A stretch of DNA of 64,000 nt from Octopus vulgaris (GCA_951406725.2 OX597814.1:32984001-33048000), one strand, 5' to 3'. Positions 24,681 to 40,157 are shown, counted from the stretch's first letter. The notes: generated by a model not told the origin, from the sequence alone. Made by a program: numbers and translations.

Positions 24681-25369
24681 TATAAAACCCCTAGGTGCAA
24701 TATAATTCCGTAAAGGAAAACTTTTAGCATCCCTAATTGTAGCTGAAGGTGTGGAAGCATCTATATTGCAAGAAATAAGAGGTTAAAAACTCTTGATGTT
24801 GTAAGAACTGACAGGGGAGACAACCACCCCATGAGCGTCTCTAGAATTACTAAACTCGATTGATTTTGCCTATCAGTCGTAGGTTCGTCAGTGGTGACTA
24901 TACAAACGATAAAACATTGCGCCTAGCTGTTTATGTTAATTTTCATTATATGCATTAGCATTTCGCTAAATCAGCCATAAATATTTATGGTAAAAAATAC
25001 ATGTATACTGACAACCGGATTTAGCCAAATCCATCGAGTGCCGGAACCCGATGCATGCATTCCTCGTTCTGTCCCTGGGATGATCTTCGAACACCTCCTT
25101 GATCTTGAGAAAGAAGGAATTAAGGATGGGGAGAAGAAAGAGAGCGTGCCAAGGATTGGCGGGACAACAGAAAGGCAGGGTAATGAGGTGCAAAGTGAGA
25201 AAGACAGACAAATGTGAGAGAGTGGGGGAAGAGGAGACCACAGAATCAAAGAGGCGAAAAAAGAGAAAGACAGAGACCAGTGAAGTATAGAGGAAGTGTG
25301 TGTAGAAGTCGTACAAAATAGCGGAATGCTTACATACATATACGAGAAGAAGGTGTACGTTACGCCGCA

Positions 25370-25438
<69 letters not shown>

Positions 25439-25711
25439 TATATACTAGATATTTACGTCAAAAGTGGGTGCTACTAAATTGACGCAAACATGCAGCAAAT
25501 AGTCAACAAAGGTAGTGGTCACTTCATATGCCGCTAAGAAAGGACAATATTTTTAGAAACACATTATCAAAATTCATACAGAGTGCTCTGCTGGGGTGGA
25601 GTGGATATGGTAAATAGAGGCTCTTATAACTATGCCAGGAGTTATAAAGTGCAAGCAAATACTATATATGCTTTCACTATTTGCTTGTATATATTCTTGT
25701 TGTTGTAGATC

Positions 25712-25743
<32 letters not shown>

Positions 25744-25905
25744 GCGAACGAATGAAGAGGGGCAGTAGAGGGGTGTGGGGATAAAGAATAAGGTGACAAC
25801 AGAAGGGTAGAAGAAAGTCAATCTCACGATATACACATCTAATTAAATACTTTTGCCTCTCTTCTATGTCCATCATTGTACATATATATATGTGTATGTG
25901 TATGC

Positions 25906-25945
<40 letters not shown>

Positions 25946-25947
25946 TA

Positions 25948-25980
<33 letters not shown>

Positions 25981-26138
25981 GTACTTGTTTCAGTCATTTG
26001 ACTGCGGCCATGCTGGAGCACCGCCTTTAGAGTCAGCGGATCATATAATATATCACACACAACGCCCGGTCTGGGAATCGAAACCGCGATCCTCCGACCG
26101 CAAGTCCGCTGTCCTAACCACTAGGCCATTGCGCCTCC
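25981..26138 (-). mobile_element. Family C SINE tail fragment plus family D SINE head fragment
   Basis: TACTTGTTTCAGTCATTTGACTGCGGCC and GGGAATCGAAACC..GGCCATTGCGCCTCC. Confidence 0.8.
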
Positions 26139-26331
26139 TATATGTGTGTGAATATATATGATAGCAAAAAATCTGAGGCATAGTTCTAAAACGTAAATGA
26201 CTCCCTATTGAGCGTGATTACCAGTATATATACATGTACATGTTTGTTTGTGTGTGTATATATATATCGATATATAAGGGTAAGTTATATGTATGTATTT
26301 ATGTATATACAGATACATTTAAATGTATATA

Positions 26332-26387
<56 letters not shown>

Positions 26388-27480
26388 CGCATATATACAT
26401 ATATATGTATATATGTATGAATGTATTTATGTATGTCCTATATATTTGCGCTAGCTTTCTTTGCATGTCAAACAATACATTATTTAGACAAGCGCCTTCT
26501 TCGTTTCGGCATCCGCACAAATCATTAGCCCGATTTCACCGTTCAAAGCAACATTGACAGAGAAACGATAAAGAAAAAAGAAAAAGAAAGAAAGAAAGAA
26601 AGAAAGAAGGAAAGAAAGAAAGAAAAATCAACTGCACAATGAAATCAGTAAAAGCTAACAAAAATGAATAAATAAATAAATAATAGTAAATAAATGACTA
26701 TAGACACACACACACACAAACAAACAAAAAAATCACAAATAATAATGATAAAAGAAAGCAAGGAAAGAGGCAAGAGCGAATGAATGAATGTGTGTTGCTG
26801 GTGTATCATCATCATCAAGATGTATCAAACAAACAGACGGAAAAATTAATTACTAGTGATATGCAAACATGCCAAATAAATGACTGATTGACTGACTGCC
26901 TTGACTAATTCATTGCTCCGAAGGCTCAACTCAACGGTGATATCAGAATGTAGTTTTATACTACTAACGCCATATTTGTTTTCCACTCCGTTGTTTCTGT
27001 TTTCTTTTTTTGTTTTGAAGAACGAGCGCTCTTTCAGGCGCATTTTTTCGGGGTTATTTGTTTTTTGTTGTTTTTTTTTCTTCGGTGTGCGGCTTTCTTT
27101 TGCTAGTTGTGTTACTTTGTTTATGGTATTTAGCAATAGTTTGCTGAGATTTTTTGGTTTTGGTTCTTTTGTTGTTGTTGTTGTTTTTGTGTATTTGTTC
27201 CTCCATTTGCCTTACACCTAAAAGTGCTCAAACATTCTAAAGAATCTCCCTTCTCTGCACATTTTACTTTCGTTTTTCTCTTTTATTTCTCCCCCCTCTC
27301 TCTCACTATAATTCTTTCTATTGCTTTCTCCCTTTTTCCAAAGGTGTATTTATCTGTGTGTGTGCCTCTCTCTCTCTCTCTCTCTTTCTCTCACTCTCTA
27401 TTTCTCTTTTCTCTCTCTTTCTCGCTCTCGTTCTCTCTCTCTTTCTCCCTTTCGTTCTCTCTCTCTATATATATATATAT

Positions 27481-27523
<43 letters not shown>

Positions 27524-27524
27524 T

Positions 27525-27583
<59 letters not shown>

Positions 27584-28260
27584 TATACCGACGTATGTAT
27601 TTGTTTATGAGTGTATGTGTATCAGACTCTACCCGCATATTGTATCACAGTTTATTGTTTCTGTTTATCTATCTACCTTTCTATACGGTTTTTCTTTCTC
27701 TCCCTTTTCATCAATCTCTCTCTCCCGCTCTTATGTATCTATATAACCACATCTCCTCATTTCCTTTCAGCCAACTCCCTTCGTCTCATATGCGTCCCAA
27801 TATTCTTCTTAACGTCGACGAATTTTCCCTTTTTGCTCTTCTCTTATATTCCTCGTCTTTTATTGTGTTTGTTTACATTTTTCTTCCCTTCCTTCGATCA
27901 TCAACGTTCACTGAAAAACCCATTGAAATGAATATCGACAACAACATTAACACAAAGACAACAACAGCCTCGACGACATCAACGACAACAGCAATAACAT
28001 TCACTAAAACATTATCAAACAAATGCTACTACATCAGGCAAACTCTTCAATTTATATGAGTAATAAGAGTTTTCTACGTAAATTTTTTGTTATTTCTCCC
28101 TTAAAGAGTATAGTTAGCGAGCTTGTTGGCAAGGTTGTTGTCGTTGCAAACATTGTTGCAGGGCTCGTTTAGTGTTCATTGTTTTTGCTGTAGGCTATTA
28201 ATGAATGTACAGATGGACGGTAGGACGGACGGTTAGATGGATAGACAGAAAGACGGATAG

Positions 28261-28339
<79 letters not shown>

Positions 28340-28378
28340 GAGAGAAACAGACAGATAGATAGGTAGGTAGGTAGGTAA

Positions 28379-28473
<95 letters not shown>

Positions 28474-29224
28474 CATACATAGACAGACAGACAGACCGAC
28501 AGAAAGACGGACGGATGGACGGACACACGGACAGTTAGACAGACAGACAGTTAGATAGATAGCTAGATAGGAGATTTTATAAATGCATAGATAAATACGT
28601 GGATTAATGGAAAGATAAATAGATGGATGAATAACTAGCCAGGTGATGTATAATAAATCTGGGTTTCGGAAAATTTATTTCGAAGGTATGAAAATGCTAA
28701 GTGTAATGAGTATAATCAATCAAAACAGAGGGGAATTAGATGAACTGATAGATACAGAAGGTGGTCATGAGAGAGAGGGGGGGGGGGAGAGAAAGGGATG
28801 GAGAGAGATGGGGAAAAAGTAAATTGGAGATACAAATTGTGGAAGGGTGAGAGAAAAGAATGTTTAATTTCCTTTGTATTTTAGTTGCCCTTTTCAAGTA
28901 ATGATTTCTCAAACTGTTTTGGTGTCGCATATAGCTATTTGACTGAAGTCAGTTGATAACTTGCTTTTTAACTTCAGTATTGTAAGAATTAATAGTCAAG
29001 TAGGCTTAAGCACTGCCAAAGATAGAATTGTCACTTTTGCTTGCGTAAGTTTTCAAGCAAACATACAAACATGCACATATCTATACACACAGGGACATAC
29101 ATACATACATACATACATACATACATACATGCATGCATGCATGCATACATGCATACATACATACACACACACATACATACATACATAATACATACATACA
29201 TACATACATACATTCATACAAGGC

Positions 29225-29575
29225 ATACTGGAAGAATGTCCCAGCGAAAACCTCAATAAAATGTAAGCACAACAGACCTGATATAATGATTTGGGATAGA
29301 GGAGAGACACTGTATACAGGTGTGAAAATCAGTTTCCCAGCTGATATTAACATACAGTTGAAGATCAGTGAAAAAGAGAATACCTACGTTGAACTATTGA
29401 GAAATCTGCAGTTACTCAGGTTTATTGGGACACTGGGATGGATAATACAGTGCCTAAATGATCTTGAGAAATTAGGCTTCTCAAAACCAGACAGGAGAAA
29501 ACTGATTCGAAGACTACAAATCCAATCCATCAATGGAACTGGAAAAATCTGTAAAATTTCCCAGTAAATAATTTA
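29225..29575 (+). pseudogene. RLE-type non-LTR retrotransposon (R4/Dong-like) endonuclease fragment
   Basis: WKNVP..KHNRPDIMIWDR..ISFPADINI..KENTY..IGTLG, a PD-(D/E)xK restriction-like endonuclease pattern. Confidence 0.8.
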
Positions 29576-30119
29576 AGTATATATGAGCATGTCTAGAACA
29601 TGCAAATATATGCATGAGAAGACACACACACAAAAAAAACATACTAATCTGCACATAATCACACGTACAAAAATACCCTTTTGATATTGTTGAAATTCCA
29701 GTGAAGAAACCTTTGTCTAGGTTCGAAACCGGCTGTTTCTCTATGGGCAAGAAACCTTGAAAGAAAACTGAATGTTGATATTCATACATAGTTACTGTTG
29801 CGTCCACAGGAAAATGGAAACTAAGTCAACAACTCCAGTGTTAGCTGCCCGCGTATCACGTATCTATGCATCTCCTTTGTAGAGAAAGTTATTAAAGGTA
29901 CTTGGAACCGACAATGGGAGCCATCTTGAAGCGAGATTATGAAGAAAGAAAATTTGCGGAGAAGCTTCAGCAGGCACCCCTTGCATTTAAACCCATATGT
30001 ACTGTTCGAACACTTTTGGCTACTGTTTTCTGATAATTTGTAGTTACACCTGATCACTGTACACGATAAGTCCATTGACAGACATACAGATAGTTAGGTA
30101 GGTAGAAAGATAGATAGAC

Positions 30120-30161
<42 letters not shown>

Positions 30162-30264
30162 GGAGATAGATAGATAGTTAGATAGATAGATAGATAGATA
30201 CATACATACATACATACATACATACATACATACATACATACATACATACATACATACATAGATG

Positions 30265-30295
<31 letters not shown>

Positions 30296-30317
30296 AAAGT
30301 CAGTGACAGATAGATGG

Positions 30318-30367
<50 letters not shown>

Positions 30368-30369
<2 letters not shown>

Positions 30370-31541
30370 GTTTCTTTATTGGCCACACAGGGCTGCACAC
30401 AGATGGGACAAGTTACAAGGTAGAGCTTTTCTTTTGGGGGATGAAAAAAACAAAAAACAAAAGAAAAAAAAAAATAATAATAATAATAAATAAATAAAAT
30501 AAAAAATAAAAAGAATAAAAAGAAAAAAAGAAAAGGAAAAGGAACAAAAGAAAAGAGAAATGAAAAAAGAAGAAAAAAGGGGGAAGAAGAAAAAAAAGAA
30601 CGATCAATAGGGATCGTGTATCACAGTGTTATGATATATGGTGTAAAGGGGAAAGCAAGGTTTATCCGTGGGAAGAAAAGCCTACGAAAAAGACCACGGT
30701 AACCTTGGTAAATATTGTTATATGTTACCACATTTGTTTGCAAGTGGGTAACCCTCTGTTTTCAATTTCTGAGTTCATAGGATTATGCTCAAGGTGGCTT
30801 CGTCATTCATACGTGCCATCCTTGCTACATTCACCCATCTTTTTTAAAACATTCGCTAGACAAAACTTGCTTCTCTACTCTCACTTTCCTTTTCAAGTGG
30901 TACTTGAAGAAGTTGATGAGAGATTGACCAGAGAGGAAAGTGTTTGTCTCCAATCCTTTCAGACGCGTCCACCAGACACATTCTTTCGCCATAGCCACAA
31001 GGATGATGAAAATAGCTCTTCCTTCCCGTTTGAAGGAAGGAGGCGTGACAATATTGACGATAGACTCAGCTGATAAACCGACTCGTCCCACACGTGACAG
31101 CAGTTGTTCGACACAAGCCCACAGGTCGGAAATTGTTGGACACTGCACGAGTGCGTGCAGAACGGTTTCGTCGCTCTGACCGCATCTCGGGCAGGTCGGC
31201 CCCGTGTTTCTCGAGCCGTGTCTGTAGAGATTATCCCGAACGGGTAGCGCTTCTCGGTAACACTGCCAAGCCAGGGATCTCTGGAAGTTGTCCATGGGCC
31301 CTGGCCCGAAAGTCATCCTGAACAGGCGGGTCAGGTATTCCTCGTCGACGTCCAGGTTCGCCCCGAGCTCGTCGTCGTACCTCCCCTCCACTAATCCCCT
31401 ATAGGATGCTTTGGTTGTGTTGAAGTCACTCAAGGTCGACCCAGGACGGCAGAGTTGCTTGAGAGCAACGCGACACTCGCGGTGCCATTCGCCCTTCCTC
31501 GGCCTCTTTTTGATCCACGACTGCAGTTCGGTCATGGAGAC
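30368..31541 (-). mobile_element. 5'-truncated L1/Tx1-clade LINE (zinc-knuckle C-terminus plus 3' UTR) inside (GATA)n
   Basis: ORF 30831-31535: AWQCYREALPVR..CPRCGQSDETVLHALVQC..AKECVWWTR (zf-RVT-like); 3' end AATAAAGAAAC then (ATCT)n. Confidence 0.85.
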
Positions 31542-31546
31542 GATAG

Positions 31547-31605
<59 letters not shown>

Positions 31606-31696
31606 GAGATAGATAGATAGATAGACAAGTAGTCAGACTGGCAGATAGACAGTCAGACTGGCAGAAAGACAGTCAGACTGGCTGACAGACAGATAT

Positions 31697-31726
<30 letters not shown>

Positions 31727-31728
<2 letters not shown>

Positions 31729-32132
31729 GTTTCTTTTTTAGCCACACAGGGCTGCACACAGATGGGAAAAGTTACAAGGTAGAGCTTTTCTTTTGGGGGA
31801 GAAAAAAAAAAAGGTGGCGTAGGTTTTCGATCAAAAGGGATCGTAAAAGGGAAAAAAGAACAAAAAAAAGTAAAAAAAGAAAAAAAAGGAAAAGAAAAAA
31901 AGAAAAAAGGAAAAGAAAAAAAGAAAAAAGGGAAAAAAGAAAAGAAAAATGAAAAAAGAAGAAAAAAGAGGAAAAAAGGGGGAGGGGAAAAAACGATCAA
32001 TAGGGATCGTGTATCACAGTGTCATGATGTATGGTGTAAAGGGGAAAGCAAGTAAGGTTTATCCGTGGGAAGAAAAGCCTACGAAAAAGACCACGGTAAC
32101 CTTGGTCAATATTGTTATATGTTACCACATTT
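31727..32132 (-). mobile_element. Second copy of the same LINE, 3' UTR only
   Basis: Homologous to 30368-30735; the 3' end again abuts (ATCT)n. Confidence 0.85.
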
Positions 32133-32516
32133 AACAATAGCACCAGCTCCACAAAACCAACATCACCATACAGATGATATTACCAAGAAGAACATTGCTT
32201 TTGCCAACAACAACGACCCAGTACGCAAACCATGAACATTGACTTCACCCTCAAAACAATTATACACTCCACCAACTTCGACAATACCATCAAGACTATT
32301 ATCATCAACTCAAGAACATCATGAATATTGCCAACATTATTTCGGTCGCCATCAACATCATCAGCACCAGCACCAACTTTACCATCACATCATCATATCA
32401 CCAACACCAACGCCACCATCAGCAACATTACAAACAGTACAACAACTGACATTAGTACCAACACCGCCAACGACACGGCCGACACTATCTCCAACACATT
32501 CAAATACAGTAGCAAT

Positions 32517-32752
32517 ATCTATTTCTTTACTACCCACAAGGGTCTAAACATAGAGGGGACAAATAAGGACAGACAAACGGATTAAGTCGATTACGTCGAC
32601 CCCAGAGCGTAAATGGTACTTAATTTATCGACCCCGAAAGGATGAAAGGCAAAGTCGACCTCGGCGGAATTTGAACGCAGAACGTAGCGGCAGACGAAAT
32701 ACGGCTACGCATTTCGCCCGGCGTGCTAACGTTTCTGCCAGCTCGCCGCCTT
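32517..32752 (-). mobile_element. Family A SINE with 15-bp TSD
   Basis: AAATACAGTAGCAAT at 32502-32516 and 32753-32767. Confidence 0.92.
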
Positions 32753-33446
32753 AAATACAGTAGCAATGCCATCGCCATCACCACCACCACCACCACCACC
32801 ACCACTGTAAAACGCAATCATCTACACAACCAAGTTGAACATCACCAATACCGCTAACACCACCGATTCTGTCAACAACACCAATACCACCATCACTGAC
32901 AATACCACCACAATCAACACTACCATCTGCATAACCGATGCTACCAACACCGATCCGATTCCACCACCACCACCACCATCGCCACTACCACCATCGCCAC
33001 TGCTGCCCAACACAACCACCAACGCCATCATCCGCACAGCAAAAACCACCAACAAAAAACAATCCGATAGCATGGCAACGATACTAGAGACAGGCGACTC
33101 CTTGTATTACTGTCGGAATAAAACAGTAAAAAGAGACACTTCAGGCAAGATACCCGATGCTAGTCAATGAAGCTCTGTTATTGTTTTTATATTGATGATA
33201 TTCTTTCCACGTTGTGGTTGTCGTTATTGCTGTTGTTGTCGTCGTTGTTGTGTGATGTGCTATTTATAGGTGTTTTATTTTTTATATTTTTTGTACATAG
33301 ATGCTTTTGCTTATTTTTTTTTTACAGTTTTATATATTATTACACATAGTTATTATTTTTTTTCTTTTTTACGTATTCCAGCGATATTTTACCGGTTATA
33401 TTCTCTCTTCTATGTTATTATTTCCTTTGACTTCGCCTTCTGCCTA

Positions 33447-33478
33447 TACCATCACCATCATCAAGATCATTGTCGTCG

Positions 33479-33509
<31 letters not shown>

Positions 33510-33510
33510 T

Positions 33511-33558
<48 letters not shown>

Positions 33559-33650
33559 GTCATCATCATCATAAATATCAATTTCATCATTATCATCACC
33601 GTCGCTATTATCACACTCTTCATCATCATCATCATTATCAACATCATCGT

Positions 33651-33696
<46 letters not shown>

Positions 33697-33887
33697 TTTA
33701 TCATCCTCATCATCATCGCCGTCGCTATTATCACACTCTTCATCATCATCATCATCATCGTCACCATCATCATCATCATCATCATTATCAACATCATCGT
33801 AACCATCATCATCATAATCATCATCATCATCAACATCATCGTAACCATCATCATCATAATCATCATCATCATCAACATCATCGTCAC

Positions 33888-33918
<31 letters not shown>

Positions 33919-33937
33919 GTCGTCGTCGTCGTCGTCA
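33447..33937. repeat. (CAT)n microsatellite with higher-order repeats
   Basis: Interruptions CCGTCGCTATTATCACACTCTT and CAACATCATCGT recur. Confidence 0.92.
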
Positions 33938-34255
33938 TTGTAGGCGGCGTCACCATGGTCATCAGCAGTGCCGCCACCGTCACTGTCGTTAACCTCATCA
34001 TTGACACACTGCAATCTACATTACTTCCGATCAATATATTTTGTCTTTGGCAATCTATTCCCTACTTCCGGTTAATGTCACAGCAATACATTTTCTTTTC
34101 TGCTGGAATAGTTATTGCTTTTGCGGTGTGGATATATATATTCGTTTGAGTGTCCGTGTGTGAGTGCGTATGTGTGTGTGTGTGTCTGTGTGTGAATATG
34201 CTGTGTTTGAGTGTGTACGTGCGTGTATGCGAGTGTGTGTACATCCCTGTATAAA

Positions 34256-34320
<65 letters not shown>

Positions 34321-34321
34321 T

Positions 34322-34364
<43 letters not shown>

Positions 34365-34544
34365 CCACGTACACACATATAAATATATAAATAGTCACAT
34401 ATAAATACATCTGTATAACGTATATATATATGCTTATATATATGTGTGTGTGTATGTATGACTTTATGGGAATATACATATACATATTATTACTTATTAA
34501 CATATATAAACATATACTTGTATATTATCTGTATATAAGCACGC

Positions 34545-34582
<38 letters not shown>

Positions 34583-34627
34583 CCACACACACAAATGCGC
34601 ATATCTGGGCGTGTGTGTGTGTTTGCT

Positions 34628-34705
<78 letters not shown>

Positions 34706-35158
34706 GAGCGAGAGAGAGAAAATGAGAGAGAGAGACAACAAAACACACACATATAAGTATATATCGTTTATATATCTGTGGTCATATACCGATTTCTACT
34801 TCTCTATATATGTGCATATGTTTGTATATGTGTGTGTATATGTCTGTATGTATATGAGTGTGTGTGTGTGTGTACGTGTGTGTCTGCGTGCTTGTGTGTG
34901 TGTGTATGCAAACACCTATGCCGTTATGTTAGTGCATGTCAGAGAGACGTTCAAGTATGTATAAACTGAAAGGAGGGATTTCACGCAGAAGGGAAAATAA
35001 GAAGGGAATAGACGATAAATGCTCGTCCTAATTGCATTCTTCACGTAGGTGAAGCAGATTATTGTACATAACTAAATTATTTGATGATCAGACATAACCA
35101 CAGAGTGATATGCGCTTGTGCGTGTGTGTGTGTGTGTGTGTGTGTAGATAAATATATG

Positions 35159-35250
<92 letters not shown>

Positions 35251-35472
35251 TACATACTTATATGCATACATGCATATTGAAGATTGACTGTAACCATAAC
35301 TCGGATTGAACAGACATGAAACGATCGTAGTGTTTTACTCATTATCTTTTATTAAACTTTTAATAAATTTGATATATATTTAAAATAATATAAATTAATT
35401 AATTTTATGTATTGGCTTAAGTTTTTCATTGTTTGATTTGCCTAATAGTGGTTTTATCTCTAATTTAATATA

Positions 35473-35537
<65 letters not shown>

Positions 35538-35539
<2 letters not shown>

Positions 35540-35775
35540 CTCTTTTACTCTTTTACTTGTTTCAGTCATTCGACTGCGGCCATGCTGGAGCACCGCCTTT
35601 AGTCGAGCAACTCGACCCCGGGACTTATTCTTTATAAGCCTAGTACTTATTCTATCGGTCTCTTTTGCCGAACCGCTAAGTGACGGGGACGTAAACACAC
35701 CAGCATCGGTTGTCAAGCAATGCTAGGGGGACAAACACAGACACACAAACACACACACATACATATAAACATGTA
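35538..35775 (-). mobile_element. Family C SINE, 3' half
   Basis: Reverse complement of 4610-4806. Confidence 0.85.
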
Positions 35776-35829
35776 AGTATTTTTATATGTGTGTGTGTGT
35801 GTGTGTGTGCGTGTGTATTTCTGTGTATA

Positions 35830-36041
35830 TGTGACCGCGTGTGTATCGTTGGCGATATTTTTCCTCTGTCTTCCCTTCCTTGGGTCTTTCCTTTTCATAT
35901 GTTTCTGACGAAGAGCTCCGCTCGAAACGTTAAATCATCCTTCTTTCTTTCCTTTCTTGAGCGTCCAATAACACTATACTTGTTCCACGTCCTCGCGTTG
36001 TTGTGTTTTGTCTTTGTGTTTTCATGTTTGGATTAACTTTA
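35830..36041 (+). mobile_element. PLE-type terminal repeat with a minimal hammerhead (35902-35934)
   Basis: TTT-CTGACGA-A-GAGC-TCC-GCTC-GAAA-CG-TT-AAA; same family as 5386-5850. Confidence 0.75.
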
Positions 36042-36310
36042 TTTCTATGTATACATACATATATCCAGTCGTACATACATGCAAAAAGTTAGATTTGCAA
36101 AGGGGAAGAAAAATTCAATTCATACAGCAACCATGCATTTGTCTAGCTGCTGAGAATAACACAAGAGTTGCTCAAATGCTGAGAGTTGTATATCAAAGCA
36201 TCTACGAAGCTACTGGCATGCGCAGTTATTTCTTATTCTCAATTTTTATAAACACACATGCATGGATGCTTGTATGTACGTATCTATATATGTATTATTT
36301 ATATACACTG

Positions 36311-36345
<35 letters not shown>

Positions 36346-36743
36346 CGTGTGTGTGTGTGTGTGTGTGTCTGTGTGTCTGTCATCTTTCCTTTAGTTTTTT
36401 TTTAGCAATATTTATTGTATATAGTTTTGCTTCCTCAGCTAACCACGTGGCAATATTTGAATTACTCCCCTTCTGTATTTTTAATCACAGCTACTTTTAA
36501 TTGTTTAGTTATTTTATTAATAATCTTGAAATTGAGTGCTATTTTTTTCCATTCTGTAAACAGTTATGTTGATACATAATGTGTTCGCAAGCCACTCGTG
36601 ACCTGAATCAGGCAATATGATGATCGTATTCGAAAACCATGTTGAGTTTCAACTGAAAGGCTTAGTTCTGATAAAGCCTCGGGAAATTTTTCCGTCTGAT
36701 AGAACGGTACAGTATGTAGGCACTCTGAGTAGTAACCAAGTTG

Positions 36744-36779
<36 letters not shown>

Positions 36780-36781
<2 letters not shown>

Positions 36782-37190
36782 ATATCCTGGAAGGAATTGT
36801 GCCAAATTTTGGTATTGAAAGCTATGCCAATGCGAGAACGGGACGACACTGCATAGTGCCAAAGATCCCAGCAATGCCATCACGTTTCAGGAACAGTTAC
36901 TGCAACAGCCTGGTTTTCAAGGGCCCACAGCTTTTTAATATTCTCCCAAAGTGTCTGAGGAACTTTGCACAAAGTACATGTAGGGGTTTTTAAATCAAAG
37001 CTGCATCTCTTCCTGTCGAGAGTCCCAGATGAACCTACCTCAGGGCAAGAGGTGCAACTGAGGATAGCTATGTCAAATTCCATTCTTCACCAAGTGCCAC
37101 ATATTAGAGGAGGCGCTTTGTAATAATAGTGTAGCAAAACAGCTGTGCATCAGCATAGCTGCAGCTCTGAGCTGAAGCTAGAGAGAAAAA
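36780..37190 (+). mobile_element. CR1-group LINE 3' fragment
   Basis: ILEGIVPNFGI..RTGRHC..NSLVFKGPQLFNILPKCLRN, then FKSKLHLFLSRVPDEP in another frame. Confidence 0.8.
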
Positions 37191-38149
37191 AATATATATA
37201 TACAAACAGATATATATTGATATAATCTCTACATACAGAGATGTTTGTATATTCATGTGCTTAGATTAACAACCAAAACAGAATGAATGCGAAATTAAGA
37301 TGTAACAACACATGTTAACAGCGAACGTCAGCAAAGTTTTGTCATTCACATACATTGAAATTATAAAAAATTGTTTTAAAAAATTAAAACAATCATTAGT
37401 GAAGTCTAAATTTTTGGAAAAAGCAAACCATTAACAAGAACAAGAACAATAAATGTATTTATTTTAGAAGAAATATTTTATTTAAATACAAGCTACTAAT
37501 GTCAATTAAGATTTTTATCATTTACAATTTGTCGTTAATAGTTCCTTTTCGTATTTTTGTCTTGTGTTTTATTTTGTTGTTTTTCATATAAAAAAAAAAC
37601 ATTCACACACTTTTACAAACAACATAGCTGTACACAAAGGTAAACAAACAAAAACACAGAAACACACATACACACACACACATTCCACCCTTACATATAC
37701 ACATACACAAACACATATATGTGTATGCGTGTATGAATGTGTATGTTCATATTTACATACATATACATATATACATCACTCAGTGTGTGTGTGTGAGTGA
37801 GTTTGTGTGTGAGTATGTGTGTGTGTGTGTGTATTCACATACACAGACAGAAATATAATTTGCTTTCAATTAACAAAATTCATTTATTTCTCCGCTTTAA
37901 ATCGTGATAAAATTATCACAATATCAATAAATAAATAAATAATAAATAAATACAATATTAAAACATAACACAGAAAGAAATAACAATGAACATATAACAA
38001 AGAAAAAATAATAAATAACAACTAAATGATTGATAATACTACAAAATATTTTTACAAGTTTAAGTAGTCGCTTAATTATGTTTTAATCGAGTTAGAATGT
38101 CGCATAATTGCTTATAATTTTTTATAATCATTATTATTATTATTATTAT

Positions 38150-38231
<82 letters not shown>

Positions 38232-38243
38232 GGTGGTGGTAGC

Positions 38244-38275
<32 letters not shown>

Positions 38276-38755
38276 CTTTTGATATTATTATTATTATTAT
38301 TATTATTATTGATGTTGTTATATTCTTTAATATTATCATTTTAATTCTTATAGCATTCAAAATGTTATTCTTATCGTTATGAATAATATTTTTAAAATTT
38401 AATTTACGTTGCCCGCAAACATTTCATATTCTTCTTTGCAAAGCTGAAATAAATCCTACACCAGTGTATTCTACTATCTGATTTATTCCAGTTTTCCTTC
38501 CAATAATTTCGTTTCTCCTTTTTTTGTTGTTGTTGTTGTTGTCATTGTATTTTAATTGCTGGCTTTGTTTTTTTTTTTTTAGGTTTGTATCGTATTTAAC
38601 ATAATTTTTTTTTTCTTATATTTGCATTTTACACTTTAAATTTTCATTTTCATTGTTTCATTTTTAAATACATTTTTCCTTATTCCGCTTTTTTTTTCTA
38701 TTAATATTCAACTTTATCATTATTGTTGTTCTTAATATCATTATTATTATTTATT

Positions 38756-39127
<372 letters not shown>

Positions 39128-39263
39128 TTTTAAATACCATTATAATGGTAATATTTTTATATACAAAGGGAAACCATAATAACGCGAAAGAAAATAAGAA
39201 AGGAACAAAAACTTTTGAATTCTGAAATGAAGAAAATTTCATCACCACCACCGCCATCATCAT

Positions 39264-39297
<34 letters not shown>

Positions 39298-39339
39298 GTT
39301 ATTATTAGCCTTATTATTCTTATTATTGAGAAGTTGTAG

Positions 39340-39545
39340 CGGCAACTAACAAAGTCGTTAGAGCTGTGGGAAAAAAAAATACTTTGCAGCATTACCTTCA
39401 CTTTCTGAATTAAAATTCATCCGAGGTCGACTTTACTTTTCATACTTCCGCGATACATAAAAGAACTACAGGTTGATCACTAGGATCATTGTAATCGTCA
39501 TAGTCTCTCCCCTAAATTTGCTGGCTTAGTTTGACAAAATTTGTA
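39340..39545 (+). mobile_element. Decayed family A SINE
   Basis: CCGAGGTCGACTTTACTTTTCAT core. Confidence 0.65.
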
Positions 39546-39570
39546 ATTATTATTATTATTATTATTATTA

Positions 39571-40136
<566 letters not shown>

Positions 40137-40157
40137 TACTATTATTATTATTATTAG

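Noticed and set aside
33270-34149. Poly-His, poly-Ile, poly-Asp and poly-Met ORFs
   Set aside because: Frames of one (CAT)n microsatellite.
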